Shown in pieces: positions 22,089 to 35,023 of a DNA stretch of 64,000 bases. This DNA is from Epithemia pelagica. Lineage: Eukaryota; Protista; Bacillariophyta. Under the pieces are notes generated by a model. It was not told the origin of the DNA. It made no database searches and worked only from the letters and a program-made list of their open reading frames with translations. Numbering within the stretch: the stretch's first letter is position 1; the number at the start of each line of letters is the position of its first letter. The position numbers and the translations under genes were made by a program. The stretch covers positions 496,001-560,000 of the forward strand of contig OX337237.1 of NCBI GenBank assembly GCA_946965045.2, in the 5' to 3' direction.

Positions 22089-23336
22089 CAACTGCGCGGC
22101 CGCGTCAAAAACGACCCTCTCCAATGCCATTCGCGACACACTTTACGACGTGCTGCGACACACGGCACCGCCCGCCAAAGTCGTTGACGGTCCGCACGAT
22201 GTCCACGTTGAACCGCCGGGTTTGACACCCGACCACAACCGCAACATCCGCCCCGCCGACGTGGGCCTCCGACTTGCTCAACCTCACATCAACGAGCCTT
22301 TTTCGTATGCCGCAATCGACATCACCGTCCCGCCGCCACAGAAAGCCGACCTTGCCCTTGACCCGTCCGACCCTCTCTCCATCGCCGCCGCTGCATCCAG
22401 GACGCATCAAGACTCCGCAAGAGCAAAATTCTGTCGCGATCCCGACACCGCCCAACATTTACTCCACAACGGCGTTTACCTTGTACCCTTCACCGTCGAC
22501 CACTTAGGATCGCTGGGTTCGTTTGCCCAGACGCTCCTCTTCCACCCCGACAAGCACCCACACCCATTCTCCACGGCCGTCCCACCATCCTGGCCCAACC
22601 CTCACTTCGGCAAGGCGCCGGCACGAAGCATCCAACACCCGGCGGCATACGTCTTGTACCAACAACTCGACCGAGCGCCGCACCACATTTTCGACAAAGC
22701 AAACACCGACACCAAATTCCGCGACTATGACGCCAATATCTTCTCCCTCTCCCATTACGCCAAGGCCTCGCTCTCTCATGCCATCATTTCCGCCCTCGCC
22801 ATCCATGCGAACAACCAAATCAGTGCCATCCGAGAATCTGCAGTACAACGGCGATTCCGCACCACCCAAATGACCAACCTGGCAACCACAAATTATGCTC
22901 CAGTGACACCAATCTACTCCCCCCGGTCCCTCTCGGAATTCTTCCCGGATACCGCCGTACCACCGCTCCTCTGCATGCCCACCGCTGAGGCGTAACCCGT
23001 AGTCTAATAACACACCGTAATAGACAGAAAATTCCAAACTCTCTTGCAACAACTACAAGAACAATAAGAACAACAACCTTCCTTGAGAGCAAAAGAACCA
23101 CTCTAAGACAACGACCAACAACGACGAGACACTGCAACCAACAAGCCAAAAGAGAATCCAACGAGTTCTCCTCCTCTCCCTCTCTTCAACGACAAACCTC
23201 CCTCCACAGAACAAAACAAGAACCACTCTCCTTCTCACCACCACCAAGAGACAAACAACGACAACGTCTTGAGATTCTCTCGAACAACAACCAACAAGTC
23301 AAGAATCTATCCACGAAAACACCGATTTCATTCATC

Positions 23337-25541
23337 ATGAATGCTTTGTTTCTTGTTTTGTCGTTTTGGACGATGCTCTTGCTTGCCGTGTCACCCTGTC
23401 ACGCTTGGCAGGGGTCGACACCACGAACCGCCACGACCCGTCCGTTGCACCATCCTGGTCATTGTCGTCGCCATTCCATGGTTGTCTTGTCCATGACTAG
23501 CAAATCACCGAAGGTTCCGAAGAATAACGAAACCCTCAAATACTACTACGATGAAAAACGGTGGAAAAAGGATAACCTTACGGATGGTCAAGAGAGGAGC
23601 TTAAATGTCAGTTTGTTATGGCGAATTGGGGATCTCAAAGAAGACAGTAATCGAGTCAATTTAATTCAAGAGGAGTTGAAGATCGACTTGCCTCACTTCT
23701 TGAAGACTGGCGAAGAAGTCCATCCTCAATCCGTCCCCTTGGACTCTTTGAGAATGGCTCCCTATGACTTTGGATTCAGCCTGCGCCTTGCTCACGACGA
23801 GGACCTGAAAGTTTTCTTGCAAGAACTGGACAAGGTGAGACAATGGCACAAGGATGCCAAGATCCGTGATACATATCTTTCACCGACCTTGACAATTGTG
23901 CAATCAAGTGGAACGGGCAAATCTAGACTAATGATTGAGGCAAAGAAACAACTTGAGACAAATAAGATTGCATGCCGGACTATTTTACTATCATCGAAGG
24001 ACCGCGCCAACCTTGAAAAAGATACATTTGATACCTCTTACTGCATTCCTGACACCCTGCCTGGAGAAGATGGTTTGAATAAAGCACGAGATATGTTTCG
24101 CAATATGATTTTCCATCAATGCGCCGAGGCAATTTCAAAATCAAATCCAAATGGGGAACCGAACGAAAATGATCCGACCGAGGTTATTCTGTTTTTCGAC
24201 GAAGCTCAACACCTGGCAAAGCACGGCGGCTACTTGTTACGAGTGCTGCGATGGATTCTTCGAGAGAACCCTGAAATTTCTAATGACAAGAAGAAATATC
24301 GAATTGTTGCTGTTTTGGCGGGTACAACGACGTCATTGACCAATTTTTTCCCCGAAGTTGAGGCACAGTCGTCAGACACGAGAGTTCTTAACACCGAGGG
24401 CGCATATTTCGAGAAGGGGGAAACACCGTTTGACCCGTACTTCATGTTCCGAACGATGGGATGTCTTGCAAACCACCCCGACGTTAGGACTCCTCAAAGC
24501 ATGAGTGAAAGTGAATACGACAATATGATTCGATATGGTCGTCCCTTGTTCGCAGCAATGCACAAGGAGAAAAGGTTGGGCAATAACGAGATCTTTGAAA
24601 TTGCCAACAAGATTATCCTGGGAGATATGACAATGCCTCTGGCGTCTTGTCTCAGTGTACTGGGAACTCGTATCCAGATGGGACAGACATCTGTTGCCAT
24701 GGTGTCAAGACTAGTCTCCAAAGGCTACGCTCACTTGACATCGTTTCCGCAGGCACCAAAGCGGTCTGACGTACCGTCTAAGGCAACATTTACGTTCTTG
24801 CCAGACCCTGTTTGCGCCCGGATCTGTATGGCACTCATGGACAAGGACTTTGCTATCCTAGGTGGACGGAATGAAAGACCACGTACGCTCGACGCGACTA
24901 TCACTGGGAACAAGAAGACCTTTTGGTCCGCTAAGATGGGCGAGCTTTTTTCGAACAGTATATGCGAGGCCAACAAGGGGGACTACGGCGAAGTGGCATC
25001 GGCTTTGTTCTTGTTGTTTTGCGGAGACATTCTTCGCAAGAAGGTAGACCCTGACTACAAGACATTCTCAGTTGCCCTGGGTCAATATCTTGAACAGATT
25101 GTACGAAATGCAAATGCTTCTGAGGATGATGGCCCGACGAACGTAGAATCAGGCCATGCGATATCAAATTGTCACGTGAATTTCATACAGTTGTTTCAAT
25201 ATAGATTCCACGTTGCATTGTCCGATCTTGGGCGGTCGGAATTTCTTGAGGGTTTGTTCAACAAGGCTTGCGCAATTTACTGTCCAAACAACCGGGAAGC
25301 AGCAGATTTGGTGGTTCCCTGCCGATCAATGGCATTGTCAGGAAGGGTTGAGTACATTCCCATCTTTGTGAGTGTCAAGAACCAAGCTAGCGTGTCTCCC
25401 GCGAAGGCGAACGGCTTCCTGTCTGAATCATTGAAGAAACTTCACTCAGCCGGTATCACAAAAGGTTTGTTGCTCCTGTGTCTCGTTGGACAAGATCGGG
25501 AGGATTTGGGACGGTCAGACTATAACAATGTTCTCGGCTAG
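23337..25541 (+). CDS. CR-like NTPase-REase copy 3 (module A, signal + transit peptide), 734 aa, truncated by a TAG; the remaining tail frame runs to 25934
   Basis: catcATG start and MNALFLVLSFWTMLLLAVSPCHA|WQG leader. AAGAAG of the other copies is TAGGAG here. Confidence 0.75.
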   Translation: MNALFLVLSFWTMLLLAVSPCHAWQGSTPRTATTRPLHHPGHCRRHSMVVLSMTSKSPKVPKNNETLKYYYDEKRWKKDNLTDGQERSLNVSLLWRIGDLKEDSNRVNLIQEELKIDLPHFLKTGEEVHPQSVPLDSLRMAPYDFGFSLRLAHDEDLKVFLQELDKVRQWHKDAKIRDTYLSPTLTIVQSSGTGKSRLMIEAKKQLETNKIACRTILLSSKDRANLEKDTFDTSYCIPDTLPGEDGLNKARDMFRNMIFHQCAEAISKSNPNGEPNENDPTEVILFFDEAQHLAKHGGYLLRVLRWILRENPEISNDKKKYRIVAVLAGTTTSLTNFFPEVEAQSSDTRVLNTEGAYFEKGETPFDPYFMFRTMGCLANHPDVRTPQSMSESEYDNMIRYGRPLFAAMHKEKRLGNNEIFEIANKIILGDMTMPLASCLSVLGTRIQMGQTSVAMVSRLVSKGYAHLTSFPQAPKRSDVPSKATFTFLPDPVCARICMALMDKDFAILGGRNERPRTLDATITGNKKTFWSAKMGELFSNSICEANKGDYGEVASALFLLFCGDILRKKVDPDYKTFSVALGQYLEQIVRNANASEDDGPTNVESGHAISNCHVNFIQLFQYRFHVALSDLGRSEFLEGLFNKACAIYCPNNREAADLVVPCRSMALSGRVEYIPIFVSVKNQASVSPAKANGFLSESLKKLHSAGITKGLLLLCLVGQDREDLGRSDYNNVLG

Positions 25542-26213
25542 GAGAGAACCGATAGCTTGTCCTCATTGAAGTTGGACGATGAGCTAAAGAAAGCCGTATG
25601 TAGCAACGTTGACAATTTGAGAGAAAAGCTGGTTCCCAAGATGTTTTGCATTCATAAAGACGAATTTGGTATCTATGAGGCTGTTATGGCTTCCAAGTCG
25701 CAGAAAGCGTTTCAACGAGCCGATGTGTTTACAATGCACCATGAGCTTTTGCATGAGGAACAAAAAGAAAGTGACAAGAACACCCAGTTGCCGTCCTTTG
25801 TATCCTCGTTTAGGAAAGAGCCGAGGGATTTGTATAAGAAAACGTTGGGTTGCGTGAGTAAGTATTCCACGAGACTGACTGATGTGAAGGAATCCAAGCT
25901 AGAGAAGTCTCTAGAGGATGAAGCAAAAGACTAAGTAGAGTATTATCGCTGAGACTTTGTCTTTATTTTTCGTGAAGTGACATTTAGTGAGTTTTGAGTT
26001 CGAGCAGTATCCCGCATAGGAGGTGACGTACTGGTGTCACTTGAGGGATCGACGAGGCGCACATCCCGCAGTTGCCGCCCCGCAACTCACTCAAAGCGTG
26101 CGAGCTCTTCTAAAGAAAAGCTCGATGTTGCCGTTCAGGTTGACATACATTTCTTCCCCATCGCGTCGTACTCATCTTTGGGTCCTCCTGTCTGGACAAC
26201 GTGGACTGTGTGG

Positions 26214-27322
26214 TCATGAAACATCCATGCCAACTGTCCCAATGAGGTGCCACTCATGCGACCATTTGTTTTTCATCGGGATAACCATTCCTCTCATGCT
26301 GAACTCATAGTCTTGCTGGCTTTGGTTTTGCCTCCGCCGACCATAGGACAAGTCCAAATCGGCACACGTTTCCACGGATTCAGTCAAGGCTTGTTGATCG
26401 GCATTCGTCCAGGTCAAGGTGGTAGTGGCATTGCGTAGAATGCGCCGTCGTTCTTGTTCTTAAGCGACATGCGCATATCCACATTGGAGAGCGACCATCA
26501 CGACGGTATCCGGGGCCTCTGCGGTTTGGTCCACAACTTGTTGCAAGACTTGACGTCAGGCGGCTTGTTCCGTGTCATTGCAAACACGGTAGTGTGTCCA
26601 AGCCAAGAGAGTTCGATTCTTCATCTCTAGATTTATTGTGGTTGGCGACATAGGAAAGGACGGTCCGCGCCGTGGTGGAATCCAGGACGGTTTCCATGAA
26701 CAAGGCATGGACGGGAGTGGCCTGACACTCCATGTACTTTTCAAGCCAGGCCGAAGGTCCAATGGCCACGGCCGCATTGTCATTGCCATTGTTGCTGCGT
26801 CGGGTCAAGGCTTTCCCTGGAGTGGTACTCTTGGTATCGTGGAGATCACACGCGGTGCCCTGTCTCGCTCGACCCGCGGCCAAGTCCAAGCTCGTTTGGG
26901 CATCTTGTCGACTGCAGTGCGGTTGATGCGGACTCTGAATGACGCGGTGCAACAGGACACGCGTCAAATGACGGAGGGAATACTTGAACGAATCATCATA
27001 TCCAGTGGCCTCAATCAAGGTAAAGCGTGTCAAGGCGGCCCGATCTTGGGTCGTTTCCACCATTTCGCAATCCAAGGCAAAAAGTTTGGGCGCTTGTTGT
27101 GGTTGTTGTTGCTCTTGTTATGATTTTTAGTGTGGTTGTGGTTGTTGCAGGCCAAGAGGGTGGTCAAGAGGGTGGTCAAGTCTTGCACGTGCAATTGGTG
27201 GAGGGCTCGGGTCGCTGTATGGACTTCCAGGACCACGACACATGCGACACTGACGGGATTGTGCAAACACAGCCAGGCCGGGGAAGACCCTTGTATCGAA
27301 CGACAGATGACGACGAAGCTTA
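26214..27322 (-). pseudogene. REX1/REXO5-like exonuclease relic (unit 3)
   Basis: Near-identical copy of 2785-3892. Confidence 0.7.
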
Positions 27323-29630
27323 ATGGTACGATCGTTTCGTTCCGGGTGCCAATTTGGTGGTATCATTGATCTCGGGTGGTGTTACTGTTATGGTGGTGGA
27401 TGTTGGCATGGCGAGGCTGAACAAAATATCTCCATGATGCGATCCTTCGAGCAGACGTCCTTCGGGACAACCACGTCTCCAATAAAAGGTGGCAGCCACC
27501 GTGTCGTCACTATGGTCGTCGTCGTCGTCTGCTGTAGTGGTAGTTGCATCGCCAGGGTCATCTGGTTGCTCTTGTGGTGGACCACACGGGCGTGAACGAC
27601 GACGATGCCTCACCAAGGTGCGCCATTCATACAACTCGTGGACCGACACGAGGCCACTGACACTGGCATGTATGGCGACGGTGCTCCATCGTTTGCGCAA
27701 CTTTTTGTATCGACCCTTGTCCTATTTCGTCTACCCATTTTGGTCTATGGTCGTTGTTGGGTTGTGGTGGTTTGGTTCTTGGTTCCTGGGTGCTGCGGCA
27801 GCTTCTATTCCCCCAGCAAGACGTGTGTGTATATGTATTTGTATGTATGTATGAAGGTTGTTGTGGTTGTGGAACACAACGTTCTCGGCGGACATTCCAG
27901 TCGATGTGGTGGGCGATGCAACACGTTTCTCTTGTCGTGCTTTCGGTTGTTCTCTTCTTGTTCAATCTCTTTGTTGATCGGTTCTCTTGTTTGATCTCTT
28001 TTGCTACGCAGAATCCAGGTGCTACATGACAATAGGACTACAAAAGTTTCAAGTTTTATGTCATGTTCTGCTCTGTTGTTTTCTTGTTGCGTGCTTGTTG
28101 CCCCGCCCCGTACAGACCATACGGACTCCTTGCAAATTCTATTTTTCAATTTTCATGGCTGCATCCCATTCCTCCACCAGTCTCAACAGACTGCTGGTGC
28201 ATGCGGAGAGTCTCCCACTCTTGCTGTGAGCCTTTCAAGGACCATTGAACGGAATACCGATGTTTGGACAATCATGGTTGAAGCCCTGTGTGGTTTCTCG
28301 GGAGACATTTTTGTTTCAATTGGCATTGCTGGACGACCTACAATGTGTTTAGCTTGAAAGCAGTGCCTTCACCGAACATCCATCTAGGTAGGGAAGTATG
28401 AAACAACTGTAACACATCTCTTTCACGGGTGGCTTGGATCTGTTCTTGGAAGCCAACCGCACATGTACGATGGCGAGCGACATTTGACTAACAGCAATCA
28501 TTTATCGCAAGATTTATCAAACTCTCAGTGGCACCCAATCCTTGTTAATTCCCAACAAACCAACAAATTACGTTGAGCATGAAACGCTCTTTTTCCGTTA
28601 GCAGTTGAGCGTCTCTGTGGAGGACGTTTCCAATCGGTGCGTAAGTTTCGTGCGAACATCTTGGTTGACAAGCTTGACTCGTCCATCTGTGACCCTGAAC
28701 TTACCATATAAGATGCCGTTGCCCAGATATTTGATTTGGCAATGCTCCAGGCAAAGGCGCACAGGGCGACCCTATTTATCATTTGTCGTATGCCTCCCCC
28801 CAAGCTTTTCACAGCCAGCAATTTCCAGGGATTCAACTTCGCTACAGACCAATATTGTGGTCGGACAAATGCCTCCAGATTGTTAGCAGGAACAATGAAA
28901 ATGAACCGATCTTTGTCAAAGACAACAGGTGTGGCTCGTCGTCGACTTGCAATGCTTGCATTTTTTGTCGCTCTTCTTCCCAAACCTTGGATTCTTCTTC
29001 TTCTTTTTGTGCCTTGCGTCTTTTTCCTGCTTCTTCTCGACGTTTTCGTACTTCGGCCGATTTGGTCATGTTGCGACTGTGATCGTGACAGGTCCAGCGG
29101 AGGCTGCTTTCTTGTTTTTTCCTCTCCTCCTCCACACGGTTGCTATATGCTGTCGTTCGTTCCTTGTCGTCGTAGTCCTCGTCATCCTCTTCATCTTCGG
29201 CCTTCGGCATTTATCGGCCTTTCCGGAATCTCTACGAGGACCAACTCCACGTTTGTTGAATCGTCCCTTGGCCATGGTGATGCTGTTGCGGGGATTGCTT
29301 TCGGTGGATAGAATGGAACGATATCTGATAGCGTTCATCTACCTGTCGTCGTGGTTGTCGTGACGATGTCGTCCGACAATGGGAGTAACTCGACTTTGTG
29401 GCTTTGAATGTCCTGATGACTGTCGTGAGAATGTCGTGATTGTCGAAAAAATGTCGTATTCGCATCGTTAACTCGTACTCAATACTCAATACTAAACTCA
29501 GCCGTCCTTCTTGGCGGTTCAATTTTTGTTTCATTTGTGAAAAACTCTTGAAACAACCACCGAGAGCGAGTCATTTCTTTGCCATCAATGGTCAACGTTG
29601 TATCTTTGGATCCAGAGAAACCGTTCTCCC

Positions 29631-32462
29631 ATGAACCATCCATCTATCTACAATAGCGCACGGACTGCGTTACACCACCTGAGAACGAGATGGGTCGGTC
29701 CGCGAGATCTGCAGATTCCTTCTTCATCCCGTAAGTTCCAGGCTTTTTCTCCTTGCGACTGTTGCTGAGAATGTGTACTAGCTAGATAGCCCAAGTCGTA
29801 CAAAGCTCATGGCGCCTTTCGAACAGGTGCATCTGTAGATGGACCTTGTATGGAACACCGCTGTTGGACTGTTGCTCCGTATTCCGCCTAGCATTCGAAT
29901 AGGATTTGTCTTACCCTTTCCCTCACCGCTGTCTTGTGCTCCCTAGGTAATGCTTTACTGCGGAACCTTTCAAAGGCTTACGTAGCAACCACTGCTAAAA
30001 TACCTGGAACGAAAGAAGCTAATGTTAGCAAATCACCGAAGGTTCCGAAGAATAACGAAACCCTCAAATACTACTACGATGAAAAACGGTGGAAAAAGGA
30101 TAACCTTACGGATGATCAAGAGACAAACTTAAAATATTTTCTTGGATGCCCAATTAAGTTATGCAGAGATAACAGTTCTCAGCGTCAGATAATTCAAGAA
30201 ATGTTGAAGATCGACTTGCCTCACTTTTTAAAGACTGGCGAAGAAGTCCATCCTCAATCCGTCCCCTTGGACTCTTTGAGAATGGCTCCCTATGACTTTG
30301 GATTCAGCCTGCGCCTTGCTCACGACGAGGACCTGAAAGTTTTCTTGCAAGAATTGGACAAGGTGAGACAATGGCACAAGGATGCCAAAATCCGTGATAC
30401 ATATCTTTCACCGACCTTGACAATAGTGCAATCTAGTGGAACGGGCAAATCGAGACTGATCACGGAGGCAAAGAAACAACTTGAGACAAATAAGCTTGCA
30501 TGCCGAACTATTTTACTATCATCGAAGGACCACGCCAACCTTGAAAAAGATACATTTGATACCTCTTACTGCATTCCTGACACCCTGCCTGGAGAAGATG
30601 GTTTGAATAAAGCACGAGATATGTTTCGCAATATGATTTTCCATCAATGCGCCGAGGCAATTTCAAAATCAAATCCAAATGGGGAACCGAACGAAAATGA
30701 TCCGACCGAGGTTATTCTGTTTTTCGACGAAGCTCAACACCTGGCAAAGCACGGCGGCTACTTGTTTCGTGTGCTGCGATGGATTCTTCGAGAGAACCCT
30801 GAAATTTCTAATGACAAGAAGAAATATCGAATTGTTGCTGTGTTGGCGGGTACAACGACGTCATTGACCAATTTTTTCCCCGAAGTTGAGGCACAGTCGT
30901 CAGACACGAGAGTTCTTAACACCAAGGGCGCATATTTCGAGAAGGGGGAAACACCGTTTGACCCGTTCTTCATGTTCCGAACGATGGGATGTCTTGCAAA
31001 CCACCCCGACGTTAGGACTCCTCAAAGCATGAGTGAAAGTGAATACGACAATATGATTCGATATGGTCGTCCCTTGTTCGCAGCAATGCACAAGGAGAAA
31101 AGGTTGGGCAATAACGAGATCTTTGAAATTGCCAACAAGATTATCCTGGGAGATATGACAATGCCTCTGGCGTCTTGTCTCAGTGTACTGGGAACTCGTA
31201 TCCAGATGGGACAGACATCTGTTGCCATGGTGTCAAGACTAGTCTCCAAAGGCTACGCTCACTTGACATCGTTTCAGCAGGCACCAAAGCGGTCTGACGT
31301 ACCGTCTAAGGCAACATTTACGTTCTTGCCAGACCCTGTTTGCGCCCGGATCTGTATGGCACTCATGGACAAGGACTTTGCTATCCAAGGTGGACGGAAT
31401 GGGAGAGAACGTACGCTTGACGCGACTATCACTGGGAACAAGAAGACCTTTTGGTCCGCTAAGATGGGCGAGCTTTTTTCGAACAGTATATGCGAGGCCA
31501 ACAAGGGGGACTACGGCGAAGTGGCATCGGCTTTGTTTTTGTTGTTTTGCGGAGACATTCTTCGCAAGAAGGCAGACCCTGACTACAAGACGTTTTCAGT
31601 TGCCCTGGGTCAATATCTTGAACAGATTGCAAGAAATGCAAATGCTACTGAGGATGATGACCCGACGAACGTAGAATCAGGCCATGCGATATCAAATTGT
31701 CACGTGAATTTCATACAGTTGTTTCAATATAGATTCCACATTGCATTGTCCGATCTTGGGCGGTCGGAATTTCTTGAGGGTTTGTACAACAAGGCTTGCG
31801 CAGTATACTCTCCAAACAACCGGGAAGCAGTAGATTTGGTGGTTCCCTGTCGATCAATGGCATCGTCAGGAAGGGTTGAGTACATACCCATCTTTGTGAG
31901 TGTCAAGAACCAAGCTAGCGTGTCTCCCGCGACGGCGAACGGCTTCCTGTCTGAATCATTGAAGAAACTTCACTCAGCCGGTATCACAAAAGGTTTGTTG
32001 CTCCTGTGTCTCGTTGGACAAGATCGGGAGGATTTGAGACGGTCAGACTATAACAATGTTCTCGGCAAGAAGAGAACCGATAGCTTGTCCTCATTGAAGT
32101 TGGACGATGAGCTAAAGAAAGCCGTATGTAGCAACGTTGACAATTTGAGAGAAAAGCTGGTTCCCAAGATGTTTTGCATTCATAAAGACGAATTTGGTAT
32201 CTATGAGGCTGTTATGGCTTCCAAGTCGCAGAAAGCGTTTCAACGAGCCGATGTGTTTACAATGCACCATGAGCTTTTGCATGAGGAACAAAAAGAAAGT
32301 GACAAGAACACCCAGTTGCCGTCCTTTGTATCCTCGTTTAGGAAAGAGCCGAGGGATTTGTATAAGAAAACGTTGGGTTGCGTGAGTAAGTATTCCACGA
32401 GACTGACTGATGTGAAGGAATCCAAGCTAGAGAAGTCTCTAGAGGATGAAGCAAAAGACTAA
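29631..32462 (+). CDS. CR-like NTPase-REase copy 4 (module B), spliced: exon 1 29631-29730, exon 2 29947-32462, 871 aa
   Basis: Same exon/intron structure as copy 2, with a different hypervariable cassette. Confidence 0.8.
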
Positions 32463-33223
32463 GTAGAGTATTATCGCTGAGATTTTGTCTTTATTTTTCG
32501 TGAAGTGACATTTAGTGAGTTTTGAGTTCGAGCAGTATCCCGCATAGGAGGTGACGTACTGGTGTCACTTGAGGGATCGACGAGGCGCACATCCCGCAGT
32601 TGCCGCCCCGCAACTCACTCAAAGCGTGCGAGCTGTTCTAAGAAAAGCTCGATGTTGCCGTTCAGGTTGACATACATTTCTTCCCCATCGCGTCGTACTC
32701 ATCTTTGGGTCCTCCTGTCTGGACAACGTGGACTGTGTGGTCATGAAACATCCATGCCAACTGTCCCAATGAGGTGCCACTCATGCGACCATTTGTTTTT
32801 CATCGGGATAACCATTCCTCTCATGCCGAACTCATAGTCTTGCTGGCTTTGGTTTTGCCTCCGCCGACCCACAGGACAAGTCCAAATCGGCACACGTTTC
32901 CACGGATTCAGTCAAGGCTTGTTGATCGGCATTCGTCCAGGTCAAGGTGGTAGTGGCATTGCGTAGAATGCGCCGTCGTTCTTGTTCTTAAGCGACATGC
33001 GCATATCCACATTGGAGAGCGACCATCACGACGGTATCCGGGGCCTCTGCGGTTTGGTCCACAACTTGTTGCAAGACTTGACGTCAGGCGGCTTGTTCCG
33101 TGTCATTGCAAACACGGTAGTGTGTCCAAGCCAAGAGAGTTCGATTCTTCATCTCTAGATTTATTGTGGTTGGCGACATAGGACAGGACGGTCCGCGCCG
33201 TGGTGGAATCCAGGACGGTTTCC

Positions 33224-33696
33224 TGTTCAAAAGATCTACGTAATCGTCCGGGAATGGACCCGGGACTCCCATTCGGAAGTAGGAGATCGGCCGAAGAAAA
33301 GATGAGCATCATTCATCTTGAGAATTTGTCCCTCAAAGGACAAGAACGACGGGCATCCAAACAAGATGCTCACGAACGATACAACAAAGACAACGCGTCA
33401 TCGTCATGAGCGTTTAGAAGTGACAAACCGGCCCAATTCAACTGATACAGGCCAAAAGAATAACTGGCATTGCCTAAAAGGAACAACGGCCAAGAACGGG
33501 CAGGAGAAACCCATTTAGGAAAACAAGATCGATGGACGATTGAACTATCGCCCAACCATCGACTCAACGCATCAAAAGGAAAGACCTCAACGCCTTAGGC
33601 TGCAACACGCTAGATTAACCAAATAAACTCACAACTTAACTTCGTTTACACGGGTTGAGCTCTTTCTCTTTTACCTACGGTAGGGAGAAAACAACA
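33224..33696 (+). repeat. Copia-2 5' LTR (473 bp)
   Basis: tgttcaaaag...gaaaacaaca. One mismatch to the 3' LTR was seen (ttacct vs ttagct). Confidence 0.96.
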
Positions 33697-33746
33697 CGCT
33701 TCCTCTGCACTGTTAACAGCTTACACGTTGTCACTCAAGAATCACC

Positions 33747-34974
33747 ATGGCCGCGAACTTCGCTCTATCTCCAGCCCACGCCAACGCCAATCAAGTGATC
33801 AACTTCACGACGGCAGGAGGCGCCAAGTTTTACAAGCAAGCGACACGTGGATTGTACGATGGTGGTGACCTCTACGACCTCAACGCAGAAGGATTGAAGA
33901 CGTTCCTAGATACCTTGCAGGATCGGATCGTGGAACAGAACTGGACGTCTATCTTTTCGATTCCAGAAGCAATCGCCGCTCCAGCAGCAAACCTTCGTAA
34001 CTTGACGTCCGAATACGGTCGCGTCTCTCTTCAACAAGTCCGAGCCTTCGTCGACCACTACAATGGGCAGAATCGTCAGACGCAGAACTCATACATGGCC
34101 TACACATGTATCATGGCTTCACTTACCGAAGACGCAAAGGCACAAGTGAATATTCGACGCGAAGATTTTACGATCAATGGCCGCGGAGCTGGACCTCTCC
34201 TTCTCAAGGTTCTCGTCTCGCTTGCTCATGTGGACACGGAAGCCACGGTTATGGTACTCCGTCAACGCCTGGCCGACTTGCACGTGTACATTATGGACAT
34301 TAACGCGGACATCGCCAAGTTCAATTTCTATGTGGACGAAACCCTTCGAGCCCTCAACGCGCGCGGCGAGCAAACTCTGGACCTCCTTCCCAACCTTTTC
34401 AAGGCGTATGAAGTTTATCCGTCGCAAGAAGAACGCATATGAAGAAGGTGACAATCCGGGATTGACCCCGCGCCAACTTATGACATTGGCACGCACCAAG
34501 TATCAGACCTTGATCGAGCAAAAGAAATGGCAGGCGCTCTCGGCACGTGACCAGAAACTGATCGCTCTCGAAGCATCCGTGAACAAACTCAAGGACTCGA
34601 AACGTAAGGCAGTGCAGACGGACCAAAAGAAACAGTCAGCAAAAGTGAAGACGGACAAGACTACGGACACTGACAAGGGATGGCTTACGATTGGTCCCAA
34701 GAGCGGGCAACCGGAGGTTAAAGAAGTTAACGGCAAGACTTGGTATTGGTGCAAATGGCACCAGAAGTGGTCAACTAACAAGAATCACACGTCTGCGACA
34801 TGCAACGGACGTGGTCTTACCGGAGACAAGAAACACGCTTATGACGAAGCTCACGGGACTGGTGACGGTGGAAGTCAAGCTGATTCATCTACCCCAGGAC
34901 TCCGCCTAGCAAGTGCCTTAGCTAACCTGTCTCCAGACGACGAAGAAGATGATGATGACAGCAACGACGAGTGA
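33747..34974 (+). pseudogene. gag: Copia-2 gag, frameshifted near 34410
   Basis: The frame of 33747-34442 (to LFKAYE) continues in the frame of 34177-34974 (KFIRRKKNAYEEG...WYWCKWHQKW...H...C). Confidence 0.8.
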
Positions 34975-35023
34975 CAACCAAACCCGGGGTGGTTCCCCGG
35001 GCTGCTTCAAGACATCAAGCAGC
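34972..35023 (+). promoter_or_regulatory. Putative gag-pol stop-codon readthrough signal (TGA CAA CCA + stem-loops)
   Basis: The stop is followed in frame by an open pol frame. It has CARYYA context, an 8-nt spacer, hairpin CCCGGGG-tggtt-CCCCGGG (34983-35001) and a second hairpin GCTGCTT...AAGCAGC (35001-35023). Confidence 0.65.

Larger units (their letters stand above)
12654..22995 (+). mobile_element. 5'-truncated CRE-like non-LTR retrotransposon fragment, split by copia-1 (12654-13788 and 22094-22995)
   Basis: RT C-terminal motifs (NKTKIL, GARFLGQPIG), LPQRLGGLG, CCHC knuckle CRC...DPEGDHLFNC, and restriction-like endonuclease motifs RPADVG...AIDITV...AKF...PFTVDHLGSLG. No YxDD motif is present. 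Confidence 0.75.

Noticed and set aside
23337-23365. Crinkler LFLAK translocation motif in MNALFLVL
   Set aside because: LFLV is simply part of the hydrophobic signal core; no ubiquitin-like header or HVLV motif follows.
34390-34445. Programmed frameshift within copia-2 gag
   Set aside because: There is no slippery heptamer, and the junction (AYE to KFIRRKK) looks like a small deletion in the middle of gag.
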